From: Octopus bimaculoides | Taxonomy: Eukaryota | Reading direction: 5' to 3' | DNA: 64,000 nucleotides | Assembly (NCBI RefSeq): GCF_001194135.2 | Contig: NC_068984.1 | Location: 82,228,893-82,292,892, forward strand | Part shown: positions 51,711-64,000 of the stretch, one piece after another | Position numbering within the stretch: position 1 is the stretch's first letter | Layout of the letters: the number at the start of each line of letters is the position of its first letter | Position numbers and translations under genes: made by a program | Notes under the pieces: model-generated | What the model was told of the DNA's origin: nothing | The model's input: only the letters and a program-made list of their open reading frames with translations | Databases searched by the model: none

Positions 51711-51835
51711 TGTGTGTGTGAAGTTTGCAGTAGCAAGTTGTTACACACACACACACACATATTTATGTATATATATAAATATGGAGAAAGGGAGGGAGGG
51801 GTATTATATACACACTATAAACATATGTACATACA

Positions 51836-51891
<56 letters not shown>

Positions 51892-52063
51892 TACACTTGT
51901 TCATTTTGAAACAGATATGGCTCACATTAATATATCTCGGTTTTCATTAAATTGATTCTAAGTTTGATTACATTGTCTCTTGTCCTATAATGTCATTATT
52001 ATATATCATTCTTATAATTTTGCATATGTTGAGATTCATGAATCGCATTCATTCCGTTTTCAG

Positions 52064-52209
52064 ACGCTACAGACGCAGTATGGGTGAAGAAACAGAACCT
52101 GCTGATGATGATATGGAAGTGATGGATGAACGGATGGCAGCTTTGGTCCTTACAAGCTTGTCCTGTAGCCCAGCTTCTCCAAAAATCCCTGCTATGTTTG
52201 GAGAAAGAA
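52064..52209 (+). CDS. ZNF395: Internal coding exon of a ZNF395/ZNF704/SLC2A4RG (HDBP/PBF/Glut4EF) family C2H2/C-clamp transcription factor
   Basis: Acceptor ttttcag ends at 52063 and donor GTATGT starts at 52210 (phase 1). Translation RYRRSMGEETEPADDDMEVMDERMAALVLTSLSCSPASPKIPAMFGER contains MDExMAAxVLTSLSCSP, the motif I recognise from ZNF395/ZNF704. Paralogue assignment is not resolvable (invertebrates usually have one co-orthologue). Confidence 0.82.
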
Positions 52210-53569
52210 GTATGTTTAAGCTAATTATATATTTCATATTTTACACGAATGACCATTGATATTTATATTTGTATTTTTACATTAGCTGCTCCCCTCCAAA
52301 TCCTCAACTAATACATGTAGGATGAGTGTGCAAATTCATCTAGTGGCATGCTAGTTTTAATGCTAAACATTCAAATGCATAGAGATTAATAATACTTGTA
52401 CTTGGATGCCTTTAGTTTGAGTAGTTAACTGAGAGGTATGGCAATATGTTAACACCACCACTTGATAGCTGGTACTTGTGCCATAACATAAACATAAACA
52501 TTCTGACCAGATTCCCTAATTCTCTTCTCACTCACATTTTTCCTGCAGATGTTCAGGCTGGCCATCAATCACATCAGCCTGATAGGACCTGCAAAAGTCA
52601 TGCACATTGCTTTCTTCCTCTATACAGTTTACAGAAAGCAACATTTGATTTTTGAAGTTATAATGGTTATAGCAGGGTTTGTATCTGAAGGTCTATCTTA
52701 CAGTTATCTAATATATTAAACACTAAGCTCACACTTCTGAAAGTTGATTTAGCTGATGGCAGCTTTGATATATTATTACAATGCTGATATTTCATACATC
52801 ACCATCTAACCCAGATTTTTGTCAATACTCTAAAAGAGTCAAGTGTTATGACAATGTTAATTGGGTAGTATTTTGTCTAAAGATAAGTTACAACTTGGTT
52901 TCAGTAATGCAACTGGTGCCCTCACAAAGAGAACAGTGTTCTAAAAAGTAGTTTTGTTATTATACTGTTGAGTGCTTTTGTTTGTTTGTTTGTGTTTCTG
53001 TATGTTTTAATCAAAATATAGATTTCAGTAAATTTAGTTTTTGCTGTTGTTTATCAATAATAAAACTGAATCCTTTACAGAGTAAGCAAAGTTTGAAGGA
53101 AACCTTCATATGACAAGCAAGCTTTCTAACAATTTATTCTGCTGACATATATTACTTCATTTGTCTTGGTTGTTACAGTTTGTCAACCTGTCTGTCATAC
53201 CTAGCATTCAAGTCCTCTAAGGTCATCTTCGCCTTTCATATTTTCAGATTCAATAAAATAAAGCACCCACCTTATTACTGAAGCTGATAGCATCAAGTAA
53301 CCCCTCCCATCAAAATTGTTGGCTTCTGCTTAAATCATAAATTATTACTGAATGCACATTATTACACTATTTTGCTCAAAGAATTTTTTTGAAAAATGCA
53401 GAAACCTTTTAAAATGTTTTTTGTCAAAAATCTTTAAGCAAGGGGGTTTTATTCCATTGGACCATGTGTACATGCAAACATGCATGCAATGCATACATAC
53501 ATATAAATAAACAAACAATCAATCAATCAATCTCCAACATTGCTGTGAGCACTACATCATTTGCAGAAG

Positions 53570-53815
53570 ATGAATAATATAACACCAGCATTGCTCAAAA
53601 GAAGAAAAAGATTTCATCACCTTCAAACAATACTTGGACAAACTTCTTCAAAGAATTCCAGGTAAGGCACCTACACCTGGATACATCTTAGTCAACAACA
53701 ACTCCCTACTTGAATGGGTATTGACACTGCAGAACTTGACTTAAAAATGATATAACAGATCCTATCTAGTGGTGCTATTAACTTAGACATAGCATGGGCC
53801 GATTTTTGCCTGAAA
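53570..53815 (+). mobile_element. Short CR1-clade LINE 3' end (different subfamily)
   Basis: Reads DFITFKQYLDKLLQRIPGKAPTPGYILVNNNSLLEW, resembling the FKxxLDKFLxxIPDEP..PGY..NSL C-terminus of CR1-clade ORF2; a tail ending in ctgaaac follows. Confidence 0.65.
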
Positions 53816-56800
53816 CATATCCAAGTTTATCCAATTTCTATATATTATATATATTATCCAATTTCTATATATATATAGAAATTGAATTAGTGGTGAAGCT
53901 TGGAAGCTGCTGTGATTGACAAAATGGTGGACTTAAGAATATATTCACCCACTATCGTGGTTGAATGATATATATATATATAGATAACTTTGCTAGATTT
54001 TGGCCAGTATAAGCCAAGGCCATGTCTAACTCAATAGCACCACCTGGTGAAGTCTTTTAGTCATATATGGGGCACCATAGCCCACTCTATCAAAGAGTTA
54101 TTATTGTTGGAGACATATCTGGGTGTAGGAGGTTGGTCCAGGATTTTTTGAAGAAATTTGTCCAATATATATATAGTTCAAATTTACAGAAAACAAAAGA
54201 TGAAGACAGGTGATGCAGCAACAAGCAGGTGTATTAGTTTAATGCTCAGGAAGAATAGAAAAGTCTTTGAGTCTGCTCTGTTCGACAGAAGGGATTGAGA
54301 GGGAAAATAATGGAGAGTGAATGAAAATGTTTGTGTGTGTGTGTAGTTATGTGTGTATGCACTACTCCATGGGATAAAAACTTCTTGCTTGAAGATTTTT
54401 GACAAAAAATGTTTGCAAGTGTTTTTTTCCTCTTTTCAAAAACAATTTTTTAAGCAAAATAATAAGGATTTCTTAATTGAGGCACATGCCAATGATTTTG
54501 AGGAGAGAGGTTAGTTGATGCTATCAGCCCCCCAATACCAGATGGGTGCTTTACTCTATTGATCCTGAAAAGTTGAAAGGCAAAGCACTTATAACCATTC
54601 AGTCACATAATGAAAGGAAAACACTCAAAGAGAATAGGAAAACCTGCTCTGTCACATTAAAAACATAGCAGGCTAGAGGCCTTTGGAAAAAGTGACATAA
54701 AGTGTTGTGTTGCGTCATCGTTAAAAACAGAAAATCAACAGTGCATTGTAACACAGCTGTCTTTGTTAAAGAATAAACATTGTCAAGTGAAAGAGTATTC
54801 AGAAAAGGAACATGTAATTGTTCAGGGCCTGTGTTTAAGGTGACTCTGGACAAACCTTTATGTGACAGAAAACCCTTTGGAGAAAATCCCTTCAGACAAA
54901 ACATCTAGGACAGAATTTTCTTTTTCAAAACCTCCTCCTTTAAAAGGTAAAGCCAGACAAAATCCCTGCTATTAAAAAAGAAAAACCACAAATACATGAT
55001 AATTAGAATTCCTGCAATTGTTTAGTTTTGATAATTCTAAATTGAAAACCTTAAGACAAAGTAAAAATCAATCACATCTTCGTTATAGAAAGTGCTTTCA
55101 TTACTAAATGCACATTCTGAGTCTGTCCTGAATTTCTGTTTTTAACAATGATGCAATACTGCTCTTTATGTCACTTCTCTCAAAGGCCTCTAGACCAGTA
55201 TGTTTTTAATGTGAGTAAGCAGGTTTTCCTATTCTGAGTGTTTTTCTTTCACTATGTGACTGAATGGTTGTACGTGCTCGTATATATATATATATATACG
55301 ATAGAGAGAGGGAGAATGGGGTTTAGGATGACTCTGTAAAACCACAAATGCTTCCTGCTTGCTAAATAGTTGAAAACGTGACAAATGTAACGTGTTGGAT
55401 TTGAGAAAAGGAAATTCTAGCTATAAAACATTTTATTTTATTTTTTGTTAGTTTTTTTGTTACTTTTGTAGTGTTTATTTATTTAGTGGGAAATCATTGT
55501 CCATATTGATTAATTCTTGAAAAATTTTACTTATTTTGACTTTAAAAAATATAATTTTAACTTGTGTTAATTTCTGGAAGTTTGCTGATGTGCACACACA
55601 AATTTGGAGCAGAGAACAAGAAACATGCTATATATTTGAAGTTTACTGACCATGAGAATATCTATATGAACTATAAATTAGAAATTAGTAATATGTATAA
55701 CTTTTCATCAGAGTGGTTGATAATTGGAAGAGATAATCATAAAAACACTCCAGACACAATCTCATTAAATATGTATTTGAATTGGGACACAAGGAATAAA
55801 TGCTACATAACTTGTTCAGTCCATGCTGGCATGGGAAAAACCCAATGACAATGATTATATTCTGGTTTATACTTGTCCTTATAACCAATAAAGCAGTTCC
55901 TTTCAAGAAAGTTAGATTTCAAAAAGAATTAAGAAAATCAATTAAGCTAATAACATACTTTATATCCAGTCTCAGCATTTTGGTTTGTTGACTTTAGAAA
56001 TAATTTCTTGGCAACTTCATTGCATTAAAAAAATTACATGCCATCAATGGATCCCTATTGCAATTGTTTGACTTGCCAGAAGTGGCAGCCAAATCTACCT
56101 TCTGCTTGAAAGAGAAAAAGGATACATTTGTTTAATGTAATCCTAGACACTGTTGAAATATGGGATGGTCAACAATGTCATTTATTAGTTTTAAGGAATA
56201 ATAAAAAAAGTTATCCTTTTTATTAACAAGGTTTATTGATATGAATTTTCCCTTAAATGCCAGGCTTTTCAAAGATCTGTTTTTTCAGCAAATTTTGAAC
56301 TCAGCTCACAGACCCCAGTACTTTGGTTGTGGGGTCTGTAGACTCCAAGTTGAGAACCACTGGCTTAGACTAATGATATTCAAGCCAATGAAGGAACTTA
56401 TACATGGTCACTCAGCCTGCTAGAAATAGTATCAATATCTTCCTCAACAACACCAACTTCACAAATATATATATATATATATATCATCATCGTTTAACAT
56501 CCGCTTTCCATGCTAGCATGGGTTGGACGATTTGACTGAGGACTGGTGAAACCGGATGGCAACACCAGGCTCCAATCTGATTTGGCAGAGTTTCTACAGC
56601 TGGATGCCCTTCCTAACGCCAACCACTCAGAGAGTGTAGTGGGTGCTTTTACGTGTCACCCGCACTAACGTTCTGCTTTCCATGCTGGCATGAGTTGGAC
56701 AGTTTGACAGGAGCTGGCTAAGCAGAAGACTGCTCCAGATTTCAATGTCTGTTTAAGCATGGCTTTAACGGCAGGATGTCCATCCTAACACCAGCCACCC

Positions 56801-57049
56801 CACAGAGTGGAATAAGTGCTTTTTATATAGCACCAGCACAGGCAATGTTGGTTTTAGCATGGTTTTTTACAGCTGGATGACCTTCCAAATGCCAACCACT
56901 TTATAGTGTTGACTGGATACCTTTTTATGTGACACTAGCACTGGCAGGGTCACCAAGTAATTTGCAAGACAAAGTTCCTCTGAGACAGATACATATACAT
57001 GTGTGTGTGTGTATACACAGACATGTATGTGTGTGTATACACAGACATG

Positions 57050-57900
57050 ACAGAAGTAAATTGACACCCTTATAATCATTAGAATTTATTTAAATCTGAA
57101 ATACATTAAAATTGTTTATTAATTATTATATTATGAACATCTAATATTTAGTAGACATGCCCTTTGCATTTTTCAATGCAAGGCATGCTATTGATCAGAT
57201 TATGAATATTCTCTTGGAGAATTCTTGCCAAGTTTCATGCAGCAATCTCAAAAGATCTGGCTTTGAGGATGCTTTCTTGTTCTTTATACAAAGTGTCCTG
57301 TCTATTATGCCCCACAGGTGTTCAATAGAGTTCATATCTGGTGATTGGCTTGGCCATGGAAGTTTTTTAATGCCATTCTTTTCCAACCAAACTTGGGTCT
57401 TTTTAGCCATGTGACAAGGAGCCCCATATTCCATAAATAAAGAGCCTTCTTTAATCATTTCACCATTGGAGAAGATTGGAAGGAGTCCTTTCTGCAATAT
57501 GGACACATATTTATCTGAGTTTATGTTTCCATCACACTCCACAGGCTCTGATTGACCATTGTTCCAAATTGCTCCCCAGACCATCACAGAATAGCTGCCT
57601 TGTTTCATTGTTGGCAACAATCTTTTCATGTCAAATTCTTGNNNNNNNNNNTTTCATTGTTGGCAACAATCTTTTCATGTCAAATTCTTGAGATCACAGA
57701 GTCTCCAGACCCACACTTGACCACTGTCAGGAAATACAGCAAATATGGGCTTATCAGAGAATATGACAATTTCTCAAAATGCTAGTGGCCTCTCCACCAT
57801 CTCATTGGCCCAATCTTTTCTCCGCTTGTTGTTGGCTGGTTGAAGAAGTAACTTCCTTCTTGCTACTCTGGGACTGGCATCAACTTGTTCTGCTATGTCA
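57050..57900 (-). mobile_element. Tc1-family DNA transposon relic (transposase pseudogene)
   Basis: VMVWGAIW...DGNINSDKYVSILQ...LFMEYGAPCH..KKTQVWL...LPWPSQSPDMNSIEHLW = Tc1 catalytic domain (QDNAPCH, WPSQSPDLNPIE motifs degraded); RRKLLL..KRRKDWA upstream; 5' end missing. Confidence 0.9.
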
Positions 57901-58500
57901 GAGGCTTTGTCCTCCACACGAGGGCCCTGGTTGATCTGGGCGAGATGATGTGGACTCCTTCCCCTCTCTGGTAAATTGCACAATCACAAGTTAGAATATA
58001 TATATATACACATATACACACATACATATGGCACATTAGATAATATAGTTCTAGATAAACAGAAAGTTGGGATGGTTTCAGAATGCCTTTGATCACAGTT
58101 CTTTTTAGTCAGGACTGGCCTTAAGAATTGTTTATATGTATAGTAGCAACATTTGAACATGCTCTCATTATTTTACTTTCTGTGGACAATTTAACTAAAG
58201 CTCATTAATCCTTCTTCACTTTCAACTGTTAAATAGTTAGAATAAATCGGAATAATTAGCAATTGCTCACCCTTACAGTTTGTCAAATAATGGTTCATAT
58301 ACTTTAGTCTTAGTTAAAAAAAAAAAAAAGGCAGTTGCTCAGGCATTGATTTTAGAAAATTAATATAGCTTGTAAAATGATTAAATTTCTCTTTACTATT
58401 TTTTATCTGTTCTTATATTTAATATTCAATAAATTCTCTTTAATATTACAATTAATTTTTTTTCCCGTTTTTTTTTTTTTACACTTCTGCTCTTTATCAG

Positions 58501-58730
58501 GCCAGAGTCTTCCTGAAAACCAGCAATCAAGTAGTTTGACTAGCAGCGGTGTTTTTAGTTATAATTCAGACCGCAGTGACCCATCCCCTCCTCTTTCAAA
58601 CAACACACCTCTAGCTCCTAGTACAGGACTTAGCGGCTCATGGCCTCAGGATGAAGGGCTGGACCTTGAAGAAAATGTTCGAAGCTACTATGATGAATTT
58701 CCAGATGAGCTGAAAAGAAAGAAAGCACAA
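58501..58730 (+). CDS. ZNF395: Next coding exon of the same ZNF395/ZNF704-family gene
   Basis: Long polypyrimidine tract plus tttatcag acceptor ending at 58500; phase 1 matches the donor at 52210 (a|gc = Ser); donor GTAAGG at 58731. Peptide SQSLPENQQSSSLTSSGVFSYNSDRSDPSPPLS...DEGLDLEE...DEFPDELKRKKAQ matches the Ser-rich SDRSxPSPP / DEG / basic KRK segment preceding the zinc finger in this family. Confidence 0.8.
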
Positions 58731-59123
58731 GTAAGGATAAAACTTTTCAATTGCAATTAATAACACAATCCTTTCTTTCCATTTCAGGAACAATTGAATA
58801 ACTCATTTTCTTTCATTTTTCTCTAAATATGTATTAACTTTTTGTCCAGTACTGCCTATAATTCATATGGTAAAGCATGGCACTTTCAATATTCTGTACT
58901 TTACTGTTGATGACATATAAACCCTTTTACTGCATGAGAAGAGATATTCCTTTTGTGTTCATCATCATGATCATCATCAGTTAATGTTTTTCATGCTAGC
59001 ATGAGTTGGATAGTTCAACAGGATCTGATTAGTTCGAGGATTGCACTGTGCTCCAATTTGTGCTTTGGCAGTAAGGAAGGGCACTCAGTTCTGAATGCCC
59101 TTCCTTAATGCCAACCACTATAT

Positions 59124-59440
59124 AAGTGGTTCTCGATCATTATTTATCTGTGGACTCCTTTGATTACTATTTTATTCTGGTGGAACCCCATAGCCATTTG
59201 ATGCTTAAAAACTAGTTTTATAGATACTTCTTTCAAAATTCCTATTTTGTTATTTACATATTAACTTGCATATGTTAAACTATGCAAAATGTTAAAGAAA
59301 GAAACTTGTTTCTTGCAATAGATACATTTAAATCAAACCATTACATGGATACTTAAAATGCTACTCTGGATCCCCAATTTACTATTTTGTTAACATGGAA
59401 CCCCAAAAATCTTAAATAGACCCCAGTTGCAACCATTGCA
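59124..59440. mobile_element. Degenerate hAT MITE
   Basis: Ends agtggttctcgatc and gttgcaaccattg resemble cagtggttctcaac TIRs; a related right end gttgagaaccactg is near 56350-56363. Confidence 0.5.
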
Positions 59441-59949
59441 CTATATTGTGTACTGGATACTTTTTTTTTCATGGCATCAATGCTTGTGAGATTACCATGT
59501 AACTTGTAAGATTAAAAACTCCCTCTCTTTTACTTTCCTTTTACTGGGAGCATAGTAGTGAGCGAAGCAGCTTTATGCTGGAGGCTGAGAGGTTAAAGTA
59601 TGAAATAATGGACAGGAACAGGATTTTCGTTGTATAGAAGCTACATGGTTCTTATACAATTATTTAAGGGTGGGTGAAATAATTGTGATGGTGCTAGAAA
59701 CAGAGATGAAGTTGGCAGTGTCAGAGTGTGCCCTCAAGGCACAAAAAGGTAAATAAAAGAGAGATTGGAGCAGAGGAACAGAAAAAGTGTGTGGAGAGAG
59801 TGAGATACAGTTGAGTTGCTGATAGAGAGGGGTGAAGGTAGTGAATAGTGAACAAGGGCAGTGGGGTGGATGATGGTAAATATGAGTGGGATGGAAGGAG
59901 AGAGGATGTGATGACTAGCAGTACAGATTTATTGTTTTATTTTACTTAT

Positions 59950-60575
59950 TTGATTTGATTTGATCTAGTTTCAGCTCATAAGTTGTGGCCATGCTGAGGC
60001 ACTGCAATTTGGTGCTGCTACATAATTTTACTTCATTAATTCTTTTTAGAAATTTACATTTGCTGCTTGAGGGAGTTTGATGCTGCTGACCTCATCTGCA
60101 CTTCCTGCTCTGAAGCTGGTTCATCTGGGACACTTGGCAGTAAGAGGTCCAGTTTCATTCTGAAAACACCTACATCCACCCCATGCAGGTTTCTCAGGTC
60201 CTTCAGGAGGATACTGAAGAGCTGTGGTCCCCTAAAGCCCAGGCTGTTGCAGTATCTTGTCCTATATCTTGATTGCATATTTGGAGTGATTGGCACTATG
60301 CAGTGTTGCCCTGTTCTAGTATTAGTATAACTCTCGATGCCAAAGTTTGGGACAAGTCCCTCCAGGATCTTCCAGATGTATATTATGGCATATTTTTCTC
60401 ACCTACGTGCTTATATGCTGCATAGAAGCTATCTTCTTTGTGTAGCTTCGTTGGATTGCCTGAAGTTCTGCAATTAATTTGACATTGTTCATTTATTATT
60501 ACATCCATTTTTCCATTCTAACTTGAATTTGACAGCAAGATACACTTCCTGATCAAAGAATTTCAACCATGACCG
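59950..60575 (-). mobile_element. CR1-clade LINE 3' fragment
   Basis: ORF 60054-60296(-) YCNSLGFRGPQLFSILLKDLRNLHGVDVGVFRMKLDLLLPSVPDEP closely matches the 11210-11860 ORF; same tail, then a (TCAAA)n-like end. Confidence 0.88.
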
Positions 60576-62137
60576 ATTGGCCTATCTTTATGTTTTTTTT
60601 TTTTTTTTTTTTTTTTTTTTGTTAGAAGTCGAGGACATTGCCCGTGACCCTTTGCAATGCTTTCACGACTGGTGGGAGGGAAGGAAGGAAAGGGAAAGAG
60701 GGAGGAAAGTATCCTCAAACCAGAGATTCAGCCTGAGTGCTTGCAACAGAGTAGACTCTGCTAAAGTCTCCCAAGGATCAAGTGGTGGTGTTAAATTGAG
60801 TAAACAGATTTAATCTGCCACCCAAGTAGATCTTGATGGCTGCCAAGAGCCAGAACAAATACAGCAAGCCATGTTCTCTGACACTCTAATGCTTCCCTCA
60901 GTTCACTCTCCATTATTTATAAATCACATTGTTTATTTATCCAAGAATTATGAAAGTCACCTCAACAATATTTGAACTCAGAATATAAGGTGTCAGAATA
61001 AAGGCATTTTGTTGACACTCTAACAACTCTGAGAATTCATTTTAACCATTAAAAGAAAGTTTGGCTGCTATTTCTAGTAAATAACAGTTGCAAATAAGCA
61101 AAAACAAAAAAAAACAAGGATTTAATGAAAGAATATTTTTTTTCAAGTACTTATTTTAGAGGCTATGTTGTAATAAAGTTATTGCGGTTATTTCTATATG
61201 TATGTATATATGCCTTCCTGTGATGTTAATGTCTATATGTTTGTGTGTATAGATCTCTTCAGTGTAGTTTGATGTATGCATGCATATATACATGTAACAT
61301 TTGTGTGCATATGTGTATGTATGTATATCAGTGTGTGTTTGCATTTTGTGTGTGTTATAAAAAGAAGCATTTTTGTTAATGTGAGTGTGTGTGTGTTATA
61401 AAAATCATTTTTGCTAATGTTTGTGTGTGTATGTGTGTTATTACAACACACCCCATATTTAAACACTTATAAAACTCAATCTTTCCAATATAACCGCACA
61501 GTAATTACAAACCATTCACCATGACATATATTTATTTGATGGTGAAACCATATAGAGGTTGTTATCTGCTGTATTTTCCAAGTCTATAAATAGTTAAATG
61601 AATCATAGAATTCTATATTTTCCCAGATTTACTTTCTCTTTGGTTATTTTTTTGTTGTTGTTTGTTCATTTGTTACAATGCATTGGTGCAACATAGTTAA
61701 TCCAGCAGCCACTTTTGTATTATTATTTTTATTTATTATCTTTATTTATTTGTTGATTTTGCACGAACTGACCAAAGCTTTTGTTCATACAAACATTGTT
61801 TTTCTTATGCTTGTTAACGAGATTGTTCAATAGACTTTTTTTTTTCCATACCTTTTTCCATTATTGACTCTGTAAATATTATGAACAAGAGTTTTGTTTG
61901 CTTTGACTTTGATTCACTGCCTAACAATACTTGAAATATTTAATATGTGTGTATGTATGTGTGGCAATCTTGACAACATCCCAGGTATGCATTTAATGAG
62001 TTTATCATTGGCATGTAATTGAGAAGGTATGTTAGCTTTATTAATAAACTGTCCATTAATGTGTTTTTAATATTAGTGATTGTTTTATTTTCAATATGGT
62101 GTAATGGTGTACTTGTTTATACCTCTGTTGTTTGTGC

Positions 62138-62275
<138 letters not shown>

Positions 62276-63715
62276 ATGTTCCAAGTTCAAATCCTACCAA
62301 AGCAAAATTTGTTATGCGTTTTTCTAGTGTCAGTAAAGTAGAAGTCAAATATTGGTATCATTGGTATCAACAGTACCCCTCCCATCAAAAACTGCTGACC
62401 ATGTGCCTAAAATTAGTACTTGTGTGCACACACAGAAACACACCACTACTACTACTACTACTACTACTACAATGGCAGCAAGCTGGAAGAATTGTTTATA
62501 CTCCAGGCAAAATCCTGAGCAGCATTTCTTCTGGCTTTACTTTCTAATTCCAGCAAGGCCAACTTCACCTTTCATTCTTTCAGTGCCAATAGAGTAAGCA
62601 CCAGTTAAGCACTGGGGTCGATGTAATCAACTACTACCATTCCCCAAAATTCCAGGCCTTATGCCTATTGTAGGAAGGGTTGTTATTACTATTACATGGA
62701 AAACATCTCTTGTGCTGGTTCTGTAACAGAATGCACTCAGTTATACTCTGTAAACTACAGAAACCAAACTTTGAAACATAAAAATGAAACATGGTCTTCC
62801 AATAATGTTGAATATTCAACTTTATGTACTGCTATTCCTGCAATACAACTAGTTTGAAATAACAGCATTTCAATCTTTGGTCTTGTAGTCAGTTATATTT
62901 GCCCTAATTAATTATTTTATCAATCCCAGAATGACAGAAGTTAGTCAGCCCTTGCAGGGTTTGAATTCAGAATCAGTTAACAATCAAAATGAATGTGTGT
63001 GCATTTTGTTAATTCTATATTGAATGTTGATAAGAGTCAATTTAGGCTTTTGCTACCATATGTTGATCTCTGTGTGTACTGATTAGATTAAATTATCCTA
63101 TTCAATACTTTAAACATGATTAATGACTAAAAACAGAACATAGCTTGTCAATACTTTTGGTCTTATCTGCAACTATTAATCTAAGTAATACATTATCTAT
63201 GTTATTGTCACAGTCATAAGATTTTCTATTTATGGCATTGTTATGTTTCTGACTTCATTTTTCATGCTGTAGCTTGTAACTTTTCTCTGTAGGGGGTTTA
63301 TGTTATGGCTAAAAATTATATTCAACACCTGTTGTGTATTATTTTATGTTATTCTTTTACTTGTTTCAGTCATTGGACTGTGCCTATGCTGGAGCACACC
63401 TTCAAAGCATTAATAGATCACATCAACCCCACTACTCATTTCAGTCTAGTACTTATTTTATTGACCTCTATTTATCAACCATTAAGTTATAAACATCTCA
63501 GTTCTGTTCAGTTTGTGTGTGAAGGCACTGAGATGTGTATAAAGACTGATTACATATGCTCTTTCTTTGTAAATTATTGTACAGGTTGAATGATTCAAAC
63601 AACATCCTCCACCTTCCAAATCGTCAAAACAAGGTGTTCTTGTTATTTTTTTAATAACTGGGAAAATATTAAAGAAATTGTAAATTTTCCTTATTTATCT
63701 GTCTGTCTTTGTCTA

Positions 63716-63805
63716 TCTCTTGCTCCCTTTCTTTCTCTCTCTTGCTCCCTTTCTTTCTCTCTCTTGCTCCCTTTCTTTCTCTCTCTTGCTCCCTTTCTTT
63801 CTCTC
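63716..63805. repeat. 22-bp pyrimidine minisatellite (tgctccctttctttctctctct) x4
   Basis: tgctccc recurs at 63721, 63743, 63765 and 63787. Confidence 0.9.
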
Positions 63806-64000
63806 TCTCCCTCTCTTTCTCTCTCTCCCTCTGTTCCTCCATCCCTCTCCTAGAAATTGAAAAATTTTAAATTTAGATTTTTTTTTTAACCCTTCTGAAT
63901 TCAACTTGTATTGTCCTTTGTCCACTTTGTAAAATTTTTCAAAGACATCTAAATAGAAGAAGGGTTAAACCAGTGATATTTTTAACAGTTGCCATGATAT

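Noticed and set aside
57603-57690. 39-bp direct repeat inside the Tc1 relic flanking a ~10-N gap
   Set aside because: Scaffolding overlap artefact; the transposase frame continues through one copy.

Overview
AT-rich, microsatellite-dense animal genomic DNA with several assembly gaps (N runs). The repeat content points to a coleoid cephalopod, most likely Octopus (inference: tRNA-derived SINEs of the OK/OR type, RTE and CR1-clade LINEs, long (TA)n/(TC)n tracts). The only host protein-coding sequence I can support is two phase-compatible + strand exons (52064-52209 and 58501-58730) of a ZNF395/ZNF704/SLC2A4RG-family transcription factor; its other coding exons were not found here. The rest is intron or intergenic DNA filled with transposon relics: CR1-clade and RTE LINE fragments, a Tc1 and a mariner relic, hAT MITEs, a Helitron-like element, a probable Penelope remnant with a hammerhead-like motif, and many SINEs. 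The most unusual structure is a head-to-tail pair of ~1.5 kb internally deleted Tx1/L1-like retroelements (7812-10750) that appears to split an older LINE, with a hAT MITE in one copy. Several long inverted repeats and an apparent CpG-rich to CpG-poor step near 17-19 kb are also notable. Most ORFs in the supplied track are artefacts of microsatellites or N gaps. All family assignments are from motif recognition by eye, not database searches.
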